From: Leptolyngbyaceae cyanobacterium
Lineage (GTDB): Bacteria; Cyanobacteriota; Cyanobacteriia; Phormidesmidales; Phormidesmidaceae
DNA length: 64,000 bases
Assembly: GCA_965263355.1 (NCBI GenBank)
Contig: CBDHHL010000056.1
Location: 384,001-448,000 of the forward strand
Direction of reading: 5' to 3'
Part shown: piece after piece, positions 31,137 through 39,641 of the stretch
Numbering within the stretch: the stretch's first letter is position 1
Layout of the letters: every line of letters starts with the position of its first letter
Made by a program: the position numbers and the translations under genes
Notes under the pieces: model-generated
The model's database searches: none
Seen by the model: the letters and a program-made list of their open reading frames with translations, nothing else
What the model was told of the DNA's origin: nothing

Positions 31137-32465
31137 TTACTGTTCTACCTTAGCTGCGGATTTAGCTACAGGCTTGATTGAACGGTTGGTGTTCCGAAGT
31201 TTCCAGGCACTAGATACGATTTGGCTCCAGCGTCGCTGTACCCGCTTTGGAGTCCATCCAAGCTGCTGAGCGATGTCAGTATCTGAAGGAGTAGAACGCT
31301 GGGGGTCCTGCATTTGCTGTTGTTTAAGTGCTAGTAAATGCTGCTGATCGGCAGTTAATTCAGCAATAAATGCCGTCCACTCTTTAGGGGATAAACCTAG
31401 GTTTTTATCTAAGTCAGCTCCTAACCATTGGTGAACGAGTTCCCAGTTGTGGGATTGGGCAAATTTTTCCACATGGTATTTGAATCGCTGCTGCAGGTAA
31501 TCACGCTGTCGTGGTGTCAGACTGAGCACTTCGTCAATTTCAGACGCTGCCATGTCTTGCAATCGTAATGCCAGGTAATCGATACAGGCAGGTTGATCCT
31601 GTTCTTCCAGATATTCGACTAACTCCTGGATGATGCGATCGCGTAGCACAGCTTCCGCCGGATCAGTGACATCAGCCACCATCTGCTCACGAATTTGCTG
31701 CAGGGCTGACGACCGAGAGTCTGCATCATCACTTTTGGGTGAATCCACGGCCATCTCAATGTCAACACAGGTCTCTGCTGGCAGACGCTTGGCAAAACTT
31801 TGGGCACGTAAAACTAGTAATTGTTGATTATAACACCCCGGTAGTGAAATCCGACGCTTGGCATACTGTTCGGTGAAGGCCATATACTCAGCTAACTCCA
31901 ACCGGGTTCTGGGCGTGTAGTCAGCTTCGAGATGGTTTTCCCGACGAAATGCTTTAAGAACTTCAATATAAAAACTTTGGAGAAAGTCTTCTAGTAGATT
32001 ACAACGACCCTGAAAGCCTAGCTGGGTTTTGGCAGGTGCGATATAGCGATATGCGATCGCACTGAGACGACTTTGAAGTTCCACCCTGCCTTGGCGAGAG
32101 CCTAGACGGTAATATTCCAAATATTTCTGAATCCGGTTTTCCGCCAAAGAATGCTGCCAAGCATTAACTTCGCCAGAGGCTTGAATTCGGTCACTCTTGC
32201 GACAAATTCGAGCCACTTCAATCGCTAACCGATTGGCCACAGCATGGACAGTGCGGGTACTGCCTTTAACCTGCGCTTGAATCATCTGCACCAGAAAACT
32301 TACCAGGGCCTGATCAACAGGACAGAGTTCATTTTCATGGTTTGTATTAGCAACATCGTCCTTAGTTGACCGGATAGAACCAGCAGTGGGATGAAGAACG
32401 ACGTTATTAGAATTAGATGGCTTAGTTAGATTTAATACGGTTGTAGCGGTAGATTGAGCTTTCAT
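31137..32465 (-). CDS. hetZ: HetZ-family protein
   Basis: Blocks RIQASG, YYRLGSRQGRVEL, EDFLQSFY, LELAEYMAFTE, LTPRQRDYLQQRFKYH and WELVHQWL match recalled Anabaena HetZ. Confidence 0.75.
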   Translation of the reverse strand: MKAQSTATTVLNLTKPSNSNNVVLHPTAGSIRSTKDDVANTNHENELCPVDQALVSFLVQMIQAQVKGSTRTVHAVANRLAIEVARICRKSDRIQASGEVNAWQHSLAENRIQKYLEYYRLGSRQGRVELQSRLSAIAYRYIAPAKTQLGFQGRCNLLEDFLQSFYIEVLKAFRRENHLEADYTPRTRLELAEYMAFTEQYAKRRISLPGCYNQQLLVLRAQSFAKRLPAETCVDIEMAVDSPKSDDADSRSSALQQIREQMVADVTDPAEAVLRDRIIQELVEYLEEQDQPACIDYLALRLQDMAASEIDEVLSLTPRQRDYLQQRFKYHVEKFAQSHNWELVHQWLGADLDKNLGLSPKEWTAFIAELTADQQHLLALKQQQMQDPQRSTPSDTDIAQQLGWTPKRVQRRWSQIVSSAWKLRNTNRSIKPVAKSAAKVEQ

Positions 32466-33000
32466 AATTCCCTTAGTGATGCACGCCCCTACAATTCGAG
32501 GAGCTGTTCAATTGGCAGTTGGAGCTGTAGGCCTGTCCATTAGTGGACAGTTTCACTGTAGAGGGACTCAATCTGGAATCTAAATAACAGTGTGTCACTA
32601 TCCAAAGCAATTGGGCATAGAGTCCGTTTAAAGACTGGATGCTGCTCGAAAAAATGGGGCATCAATAACTCTAAAATACTTACTGTGAATGATTTGGCAG
32701 ATTGCTCGAACAGGACGACACCGACTTAGAAACGGTATCCTTGACTGTGACAATTGAGTAGATAGTCTATCCTGTAAGTCCATTTTCACCCTTGTGACAG
32801 TTGTGCAAGATTAACGGGTGCTCCCATCCATCTAGATACATCAACTGTTATTGATGAACTGTCAACTAACCTAATAGTTCCCTGACGTATTGCACTATTT
32901 AATAGCTACGCCAATGCCCACGCCTGTCCGGTGTTTTTACCAGGGCCTGGATGAAGTGTATGTAGGGAAATTTCGCCCTTAGAGGAGATTCTGTAAAGCT

Positions 33001-34317
33001 ATGGAAAAGCTCGCTTATTTCGATTGTCCAACCGGCATTGCAGGCAACATGTGTCTCGGTGCAATTTTGTCAGCAGGGATGCCCTTAGACACTCTCCTAA
33101 CTCAGTTACAAAGCTTAGGCCTAGAGCATGAGTATGAATTTACAACGACGCAGGTAAAACGTCAGGAACAAGCGGCGACCGCAGTTACGATCAATTTGAG
33201 CAGCGATGCAGTCCAAAGCCATCGCCACTTACCAGAAATCGAAGCCATTATTCGCCAGGCACAGCTGCCTGATCGGGTCACAGCATGGAGTCTGGCAATT
33301 TTTCAGACATTAGCAGCGGCAGAAGCAGCTGTTCATGGCATTCCAGCAAACCAGGTGCATTTTCATGAAGTAGGCGCTACTGATGCTCTGGTGGATATTG
33401 TGGGGACCTGTTTAGGGTTGGACTGGCTAGGTGTAGACCGAGTGATCTGCTCCCCTCTGCCAGTGGGTGGTGGCACGGTTAGGGCTACCCATGGTCGTCT
33501 ACCAGTGCCAGCTCCCGCCGTGTTAGAGCTGCTCAGACGAGCCCAGGCACCAATCTACAGTAATGGGATTGAAAAGGAATTGGTCACGCCAACGGGGGCC
33601 GCGATCGCAACCACCTTAGGCAACCAATTCGGTCCTCCACCCGCCATGATCCTCCAAAAGGTTGGGTTAGGTGCAGGCAGCCACGATTTGCCCATACCCA
33701 ATATTTTACGGCTATGGATCGGCCAATCATCTTTAGGGGAAATGTCTGAGCCTCCTATCCATCACTCCACTGTCCATCCCCATAGTCATCCCCACACCCA
33801 TACCCACGCTCCTCCTCCCTCCTCCGGCTATCGCGAATCTGTAGTAGAACTCCAAACGCAGCTTGACGACTTAACTCCCCAAGCCATTGGTTATCTCTAT
33901 GACAGGCTATTTCAGGCTGGAGCCCTTGATGTGTTTACCCAAGCCATTAGCATGAAAAAAAATCGTCCGGGTATTTTACTGACAGTTATTTGTACCGCAT
34001 CAAATACTGAGGTCTGCCAATCTGTACTGTTTGCAGAAACCACGACCTTAGGCATCCGGATCACGACGCAGCAGCGCCAAACCCTGTATCGCACTTGGCA
34101 ATCGGTTACCACAACCTACGGACCAGTACAAATTAAAGCTGGGTTAGCCACTCCCAATGGTCCTGTACTTAACCTTCAACCTGAATATGAAAACTGTGCC
34201 CAGCTAGCTCGTGCCCATGGTATTGGCTGGAAAAAAATCCAGTGGGCCGCAATTGCTGCGGCTGAGCCCCTATACCAACAAGTGAATGGTTGGAGGTCTC
34301 AACCATCCTCGCCGTAG
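33001..34317 (+). CDS. larC: Nickel-pincer cofactor biosynthesis protein LarC
   Basis: YFDCPTGIAGNM, VHFHEVGATD, HGRLPVPAPA, ELVTPTGAAI, MKKNRPG, ETTTLGIR, and a His-rich linker. Confidence 0.92.
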   Translation: MEKLAYFDCPTGIAGNMCLGAILSAGMPLDTLLTQLQSLGLEHEYEFTTTQVKRQEQAATAVTINLSSDAVQSHRHLPEIEAIIRQAQLPDRVTAWSLAIFQTLAAAEAAVHGIPANQVHFHEVGATDALVDIVGTCLGLDWLGVDRVICSPLPVGGGTVRATHGRLPVPAPAVLELLRRAQAPIYSNGIEKELVTPTGAAIATTLGNQFGPPPAMILQKVGLGAGSHDLPIPNILRLWIGQSSLGEMSEPPIHHSTVHPHSHPHTHTHAPPPSSGYRESVVELQTQLDDLTPQAIGYLYDRLFQAGALDVFTQAISMKKNRPGILLTVICTASNTEVCQSVLFAETTTLGIRITTQQRQTLYRTWQSVTTTYGPVQIKAGLATPNGPVLNLQPEYENCAQLARAHGIGWKKIQWAAIAAAEPLYQQVNGWRSQPSSP

Positions 34318-34377
34318 CTTAAGACTCCTATCGTGGCTAAAGAATAACTAATCTACAGGGTTCAACTTAGACGTGGT

Positions 34378-35730
34378 TTAATAAGCACCACTTATATCTT
34401 CGGATGATATGTGGTGCACAGGTGCCCAGTGGAGTTCTTTCATCATTTGGGAAAAAATGCGATATTCCTCCAGGGAAGCAGTTTCTGGATTGCTCGCCTT
34501 AGCCTCGTCTTGTTGAACCTGAACCAGGTTATATTGCACATCACTGCCACAAATAGCCAGGGTTACACCGTAAATCTCCAAAAAGTTAATAATCCACTGA
34601 CATTCTTCCCGAGGAAACTGCTCATAGTAGCGAATGAGGTCAGCAATCCGAGCATCTAAATACGGATGAGAATTGGGGGAAATCAAAAGTAGCTTAAGTA
34701 AAACAATGGCCAACGTCAGTGGTCGGCCATTGGTTAACAACAAGCTAAACAGAGATGACGGCGTTGTTGCATCCTCCGTCATCAAATAGTCAATGACTCG
34801 ATTGCTTGTCAGCAGCGCTAACGAAGCATCTACCGGCTGCTGATTAAACTTGACATACAAACCCTTCAATTTCGATAGCAATCTATTTTCGAGGGTCAGC
34901 ACAAAATCAGTTCTAATGGCCGAAAAAAGCAGGTACTCAACCAGGCTATTTTTATAGCTACCATAGGTCAATCCTCGGGTCTGCTCATGAAAAATACGAG
35001 CCAGGTTACGGTGGCTAAACATACCCCGCTTAGCTACCAGGGTTCTAATCACTCGTAAAGCAGCATCCCCTAACATTGTCGGGTTGTCCCGACGCTCCCT
35101 TTGAATAGGGGTCTGTTGAAAATGGGCCGTATACATGGCCAGATCAAACTTAAACTTATCCCTCAGACGCTGAGAAAGAGCCCTTGCGGCCTCCCGCTGC
35201 TCTAGAGGATTACTAGTATCAATGTATTGAGGTGCTAGTAAATATGCCGTATAGCGTCTGGACCAGTGGGGGTCCTCACTATTAAAACGGTTTTCAACAA
35301 AAAGCTTGAGGTCTTGAAAATCCTCGCTGTCAACAAAATATTGCAGCCATTGTCGCAATCGCTTAATCGTTGGCGATATCGACACCTTACGAATAACTGG
35401 ATCGGCAAACAGCTGAATCAATCCCCTAATAGCATTATACTCACGGGCAACTTCCCAGTTATTGATCAGAATGTAGCAGGAGCGCTTTAGGGTGTTTTGA
35501 AACTCCACCTTATCGTTTGCAAATAAGATGGCATAAAGAGCAGGAACGGTATTTGAACCTATGGTTTCATGATGCTGCAAAAAAAGCGCCTTAAATTCTT
35601 CCAGCACATCTTCCGCAGGCCATGCTTTAACGATGTTTAGCAGGAATTCATATATCGTTTGCTGTGCCTGCTGAACGTCTTGGTACCGACGCCTAGGATT
35701 AAACGAATCAGAAACTCTATCAACAACCAT
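34378..35730 (-). CDS. Conserved-looking hypothetical protein (helical)
   Basis: 450-aa ORF with normal composition; no family name recognised. Confidence 0.8.
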   Translation of the reverse strand: MVVDRVSDSFNPRRRYQDVQQAQQTIYEFLLNIVKAWPAEDVLEEFKALFLQHHETIGSNTVPALYAILFANDKVEFQNTLKRSCYILINNWEVAREYNAIRGLIQLFADPVIRKVSISPTIKRLRQWLQYFVDSEDFQDLKLFVENRFNSEDPHWSRRYTAYLLAPQYIDTSNPLEQREAARALSQRLRDKFKFDLAMYTAHFQQTPIQRERRDNPTMLGDAALRVIRTLVAKRGMFSHRNLARIFHEQTRGLTYGSYKNSLVEYLLFSAIRTDFVLTLENRLLSKLKGLYVKFNQQPVDASLALLTSNRVIDYLMTEDATTPSSLFSLLLTNGRPLTLAIVLLKLLLISPNSHPYLDARIADLIRYYEQFPREECQWIINFLEIYGVTLAICGSDVQYNLVQVQQDEAKASNPETASLEEYRIFSQMMKELHWAPVHHISSEDISGAY

Positions 35731-35886
35731 GCAAGTTACTGGTATATATGGCCAATCGTGCTATGAGCATTCACGGCTAACTAGATAGATAGATGGGGTG
35801 CAAAGCAGAAAAAATGTGTCCGGGTATTCACTTTGTAACAAGAAAACACCCATCTTGGAAAGTATATTTATTCTGAATCCACTTCC

Positions 35887-35963
35887 GTAACACTACTGAC
35901 AAATCAATATCTAGCTTTTTCCTGCTCTGTAACACCACTGACAACCCAATAACTAGCTTTTTC
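35887..35963. repeat. Imperfect 35-bp direct repeat with 42-bp period
   Basis: GTAACACTACTGACAAATCAATATCTAGCTTTTTC and GTAACACCACTGACAACCCAATAACTAGCTTTTTC. Confidence 0.8.
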
Positions 35964-36118
35964 TGAGAAGGCTGAAACCTATATGCAGCCTACTGTATAA
36001 GAGTCAAGCACCATTACGAGCCTTATCAGCTCTACAATGCCTTATATTAAATTGTACAGACTTGCAGACAAATTGCATAGTCTTCACAATTTTTCATCGC
36101 CAAAAGAAGGCTTAAAAA

Positions 36119-36454
36119 TGGGGGCGGAGGGACTTGAACCCTCACGACCGTTTAAGGTCAACGGATTTTCACCCTCCCACAGCTTTCGCTGTTGCCACGC
36201 TGAGCGGGCTTTGAGGATTGGACCCTCCCTTTACCCTCGACTTGACGTTAGGGTAGCTCCCGTCGGGCCTCTGCACCTTCCCTGCAAGAGGACATTTGCC
36301 TCTTACGGGGCTTGGCTCAGGATTGCCTTATCTTCATCAGAACTTACCAATGAAGACTTAGGTTTCCCTGAGTTTGAGAGCTTCCACTTAGCAGATTTCT
36401 CCACTAAGGCTCAGTTTTCTAAGTCCGCAGCGTCTACCATTCCGCCACGCCCCC
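36119..36454 (-). tRNA. trnL: tRNA-Leu(UAA) split by a group I intron (exon 1 36454-36421, exon 2 36169-36119)
   Basis: Minus strand reads GGGGGCGTGGCGGAATGGTAGACGCTGCGGACTT^...^AAAATCCG...GGGTTCAAGTCCCTCCGCCCCCA. The acceptor stem pairs and the anticodon U^AA is restored on splicing. Confidence 0.97.
36170..36420 (-). ncRNA. Group I intron (about 251 nt) in the trnL(UAA) anticodon
   Basis: Conserved elements AAACTCAGGGAAACCTAA, GGCAATCCTGAGCC, AAGGTGCAGAGGCCCGACGGGAG and AAAGGGAGGGTCCA; ends in the terminal G. Confidence 0.95.
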
Positions 36455-36611
36455 TTTAGTTGAGTTAACTAGAGTGAATATATTAAACAGCTTTGCTGGT
36501 TATTTGACCACTCTCTAAAAAACTCCTGTTTAATTCCAACACCAACTGGTACTCTGTGCAACCCCCTGAACGCTATGATGACTTACGGTATGTGCAAAAC
36601 ACATAGGGGCT

Positions 36612-36842
36612 ATGGACAACCTCGATATTTCACTTTTAATTACCTTGGCAGTATATGCCGGGCTGGCGGGTCTTTACTTGTTAGTGATACCTGGGATATT
36701 GCTTTTTTATCTAAAACAGCGCTGGAATGTGGCATCATCCATTGAACGCTTATTGATTTATTCGCTGGTATTTGTATTTTTCCCAGGCATGTTGCTACTG
36801 TCACCGTTTCTCAATTTTCGTCCCCAGCGGCGTGAGATTTAA
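36612..36842 (+). CDS. ndhL: NDH-1 subunit L
   Basis: [35 protein letters not shown]; ndhL-DUF3007-trpA synteny. Confidence 0.95.
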   Translation: MDNLDISLLITLAVYAGLAGLYLLVIPGILLFYLKQRWNVASSIERLLIYSLVFVFFPGMLLLSPFLNFRPQRREI

Positions 36843-36844
36843 CT

Positions 36845-37147
36845 ATGAGACGGATTGATGTAATTGGTATTGGCCTGGGTGTGTTTGTGGCTGGTGGTGG
36901 ATTGTATTTGCTCTTTTCGCTGGCAGGTTTTGATGGCATTTCGGCAGGTATATGGAGCCAAGTTATTTTTACCGGCGGTCTGTTGGGATGGGTTATCACC
37001 TACCTGACGCGGGTATTTTCCAAAAAAATGACTTACAATCAGCAGCTTAAAGATTATGAAGACGCGGTTCTCCAAAGGCGTTTAGATGAAATGTCCGATG
37101 AAGAATTAGGGCAACTACAGGCAGAACTGGAGGCGGAGAAGCCGTAA
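36845..37147 (+). CDS. DUF3007 family protein
   Basis: MRRIDVIGIG..AGIWSQ..MTYNQQLKDYEDAVLQ; located between ndhL and trpA. Confidence 0.9.
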   Translation: MRRIDVIGIGLGVFVAGGGLYLLFSLAGFDGISAGIWSQVIFTGGLLGWVITYLTRVFSKKMTYNQQLKDYEDAVLQRRLDEMSDEELGQLQAELEAEKP

Positions 37148-37153
37148 CACACT

Positions 37154-37954
37154 ATGGGGAAATCGGTTTCAGCTCAATTTCAGACATTACGCGACCAAAA
37201 AGGCTGTGCGCTTATTCCGTTTATTACGGCTGGAGATCCTGATTTAGCCACTACTGCAGAGGCGCTGCGAGCGTTAGATCGAGCGGGGGCAAATTTAATT
37301 GAGCTAGGTGTGCCCTATTCTGACCCATTAGCCGATGGTCCAGTGATTCAAGCCGCCGCCACCCGTGCCTTAGAACGTGGGGTTACGCTGGATGCTGTGT
37401 TAACCCTGATTGCGGAGGTATCGCCAGAGCTGTCGGCACCTATTGTGCTATTCACTTATTACAATCCCATTCTCAATCGAGGGATTGAACAATTTTTGCA
37501 AGATATTCATCGGGCGGGGGTGCGTGGTCTTGTCGTGCCAGATTTACCCCTGGAAGAAATGGATGTACTGCTAACACCTGCCAAAGAGATTGGCGTTGAG
37601 GTCACCCTGTTAGTCGCACCTACCACGCCCAAAGAACGAATTGTTGCGATCGCACAGCAATGTCAAGGCTTTATTTACCTGGTCAGTGTTACTGGGGTTA
37701 CAGGCATGCGCCAACAAATTGGCAATCGCGTACAGAGTTTATTGCAAGAGCTTCGGTCTGTTACCGATAAACCCATTGGTGTAGGGTTTGGCGTATCTTC
37801 CCCTGAACAAGCTACTCAGCTAAAAACGTGGGGAGCTGATGGCGTTATTGTCGGCAGCGCCTTTGTAAAGCGACTGGCTGCCAGTGGGTCTACCGATAGT
37901 GGCCTTACAGAGGTTGAACGCTTTTGTCAACAACTCAAACTAGCCTTGAACTGA
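37154..37954 (+). CDS. trpA: Tryptophan synthase alpha chain
   Basis: [41 protein letters not shown] and DGVIVGSA. Confidence 0.98.
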   Translation: MGKSVSAQFQTLRDQKGCALIPFITAGDPDLATTAEALRALDRAGANLIELGVPYSDPLADGPVIQAAATRALERGVTLDAVLTLIAEVSPELSAPIVLFTYYNPILNRGIEQFLQDIHRAGVRGLVVPDLPLEEMDVLLTPAKEIGVEVTLLVAPTTPKERIVAIAQQCQGFIYLVSVTGVTGMRQQIGNRVQSLLQELRSVTDKPIGVGFGVSSPEQATQLKTWGADGVIVGSAFVKRLAASGSTDSGLTEVERFCQQLKLALN

Positions 37955-38666
37955 CCACTTACAACACAATGCATAAACAGTATCTTTTCGCAACGGTTGA
38001 ATTGCTTGCTACATTTACAAAACTCACCAATTAGAACGTCGGCGCATCAAACTTTTCTGCTTGGTTGGTTTTACCTACTCATAAAACTCTTGACAGATTT
38101 TCAGCAAGTCATCGGAATTATCCCTGATTTGTTGTTACAGTTTGCTGATAAATATTTCACGATGTAACCTTCAATAATTCTTCACGTTGGTTCAATCGAT
38201 CTTCAATCAAGGGGTAAGCCTCTCTTAAGTCAGGACATGAGAGCGGCAATTTCTATGATTTTCATTGATAAAACGGTGAAAATTTAGAAACCTTTGCTGA
38301 TTTTTTATCAAACTTTCCTGATTTATTGGGCCTCAGTGTAAGCCCCTAAATTTTGACTGCTGCTGTGGGGTGTTGCACTCACCCGAACCAGAGTGTAATA
38401 ATCCTTGACCAGAGACAGGAATAACCGTATAAATACGGCAAACTTCCTTGATTTATTGAATTGTTTACATAAATAGTAAGTGGTTTTTCCTAGATCTCTA
38501 ATCAAAGTTGATTAGAGTTTTTACTGATAAGTTTTCAGTTCAGTCATGTTGGGTTTATGACGATACGCCAGTTAGTCATAACCATTGGCGGAACACTGCT
38601 TCGAGTTGCTTGTGGATCGAGGGCGATGTTTGCGATTTGCCTTGTTGTTGGTGCCTGTGAGGGGTC

Positions 38667-39641
38667 ATGAGAGTTTTGAAAAGCCGTCCTAGAGGTGCTA
38701 TTTGGCACTTGTTTAAAGCTGTAAGTTTTTTCTTGGTGGGTGTTCTATTGAGCACTCTATTGGTTTATGCCCATACCCCTGTGATGCCTGTGGATGCTCA
38801 GGTTCAGGTGAACAATACGGTGTCTGGGGCGTTTGATGACCCAACAGATCCTGATCGTCCTAGGTTGGTGGCTCCCGGCAACACAACGACGATTGGTGTC
38901 CCTCCTATCGGTGAGCAGCTGTTAAGGATAACAAAAACAGCAGATAAATCGGCAGCTGAACCAGGTGATGTGGTGATCTATCGCCTTTTGGTTGAAAACC
39001 TCAGTGAAGTGGCAGCCGGCCCTCTAACTGTTATGGATAATCTGCCACGTGGTTTGGAATATATCGAAGATTCAGTCAATACAGCCCCAATACCGCCTAA
39101 TTTGACAGATTTTTCTATATCAGGACGACAGCTGACGTTTCAGCTTGATTCCTTGGCCGCTGGTGCAATGGTCCAAATTCTTTACGCTGTGACCTTGACA
39201 CCGGATGCAATTAGGGGTTCAGGTATCAACGTTGCGAGTGCATCATCTCCTGGTTTTCCAACAGTTCAAGCTGAATTTCGTTTAACCATCCGCCCCGGCA
39301 TTTTGTCCGACTGTGGCACCATCATTGGTCGAGTCTTTGTGGACAAAAACTTTGATGGAGAACAACAGTCTGGTGAACCCGGCGTACCTAACGCGGTTAT
39401 TTACATGGATGACGGTAACCGCATCATTGCAGACCCAGATGGTCTTTTCTCTATGGCCAATGTGGTGTCGGGTAACCGGGTTGGTGTACTTGATCTGAGT
39501 AGTTTGCCGGGTTACACCTTGGCCCCCAATCTCTACCGCATAGAAAACAACAGTCAGTCTAGGCTGGTTCGCTTAGAACCAGGCGGTTTAGCTCGTATGA
39601 ACTTTGCAGTAACACCGACCTACGGGGAGGGCCAGAACTAA
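38667..39641 (+). CDS. Secreted DUF11 (Ig-like) + SdrD-B/CnaB-like domain protein
   Basis: Signal peptide, LRITKTADKSAAEPGDVVIYRLLVEN..VMDNLPRG DUF11 pattern, and GTIIGRVFVDKNFDGEQQSGEPGV domain. Confidence 0.85.
   Translation: MRVLKSRPRGAIWHLFKAVSFFLVGVLLSTLLVYAHTPVMPVDAQVQVNNTVSGAFDDPTDPDRPRLVAPGNTTTIGVPPIGEQLLRITKTADKSAAEPGDVVIYRLLVENLSEVAAGPLTVMDNLPRGLEYIEDSVNTAPIPPNLTDFSISGRQLTFQLDSLAAGAMVQILYAVTLTPDAIRGSGINVASASSPGFPTVQAEFRLTIRPGILSDCGTIIGRVFVDKNFDGEQQSGEPGVPNAVIYMDDGNRIIADPDGLFSMANVVSGNRVGVLDLSSLPGYTLAPNLYRIENNSQSRLVRLEPGGLARMNFAVTPTYGEGQN

Noticed and set aside
32466..33000. HetR box or patS/patX-like RGSGR peptide upstream of hetZ
   Set aside because: Only GGG-N4-CCC and GGG-N8-CCC spacings were found, and no RGSGR-coding ORF was noticed.
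35731..36118. Integrative element at the tRNA-Leu 3' end
   Set aside because: No integrase gene and no duplicated tRNA 3' end (att site) seen in the window.
36037..36459. 140-aa plus-strand ORF
   Set aside because: It is the antisense reading of tRNA-Leu and its group I intron.
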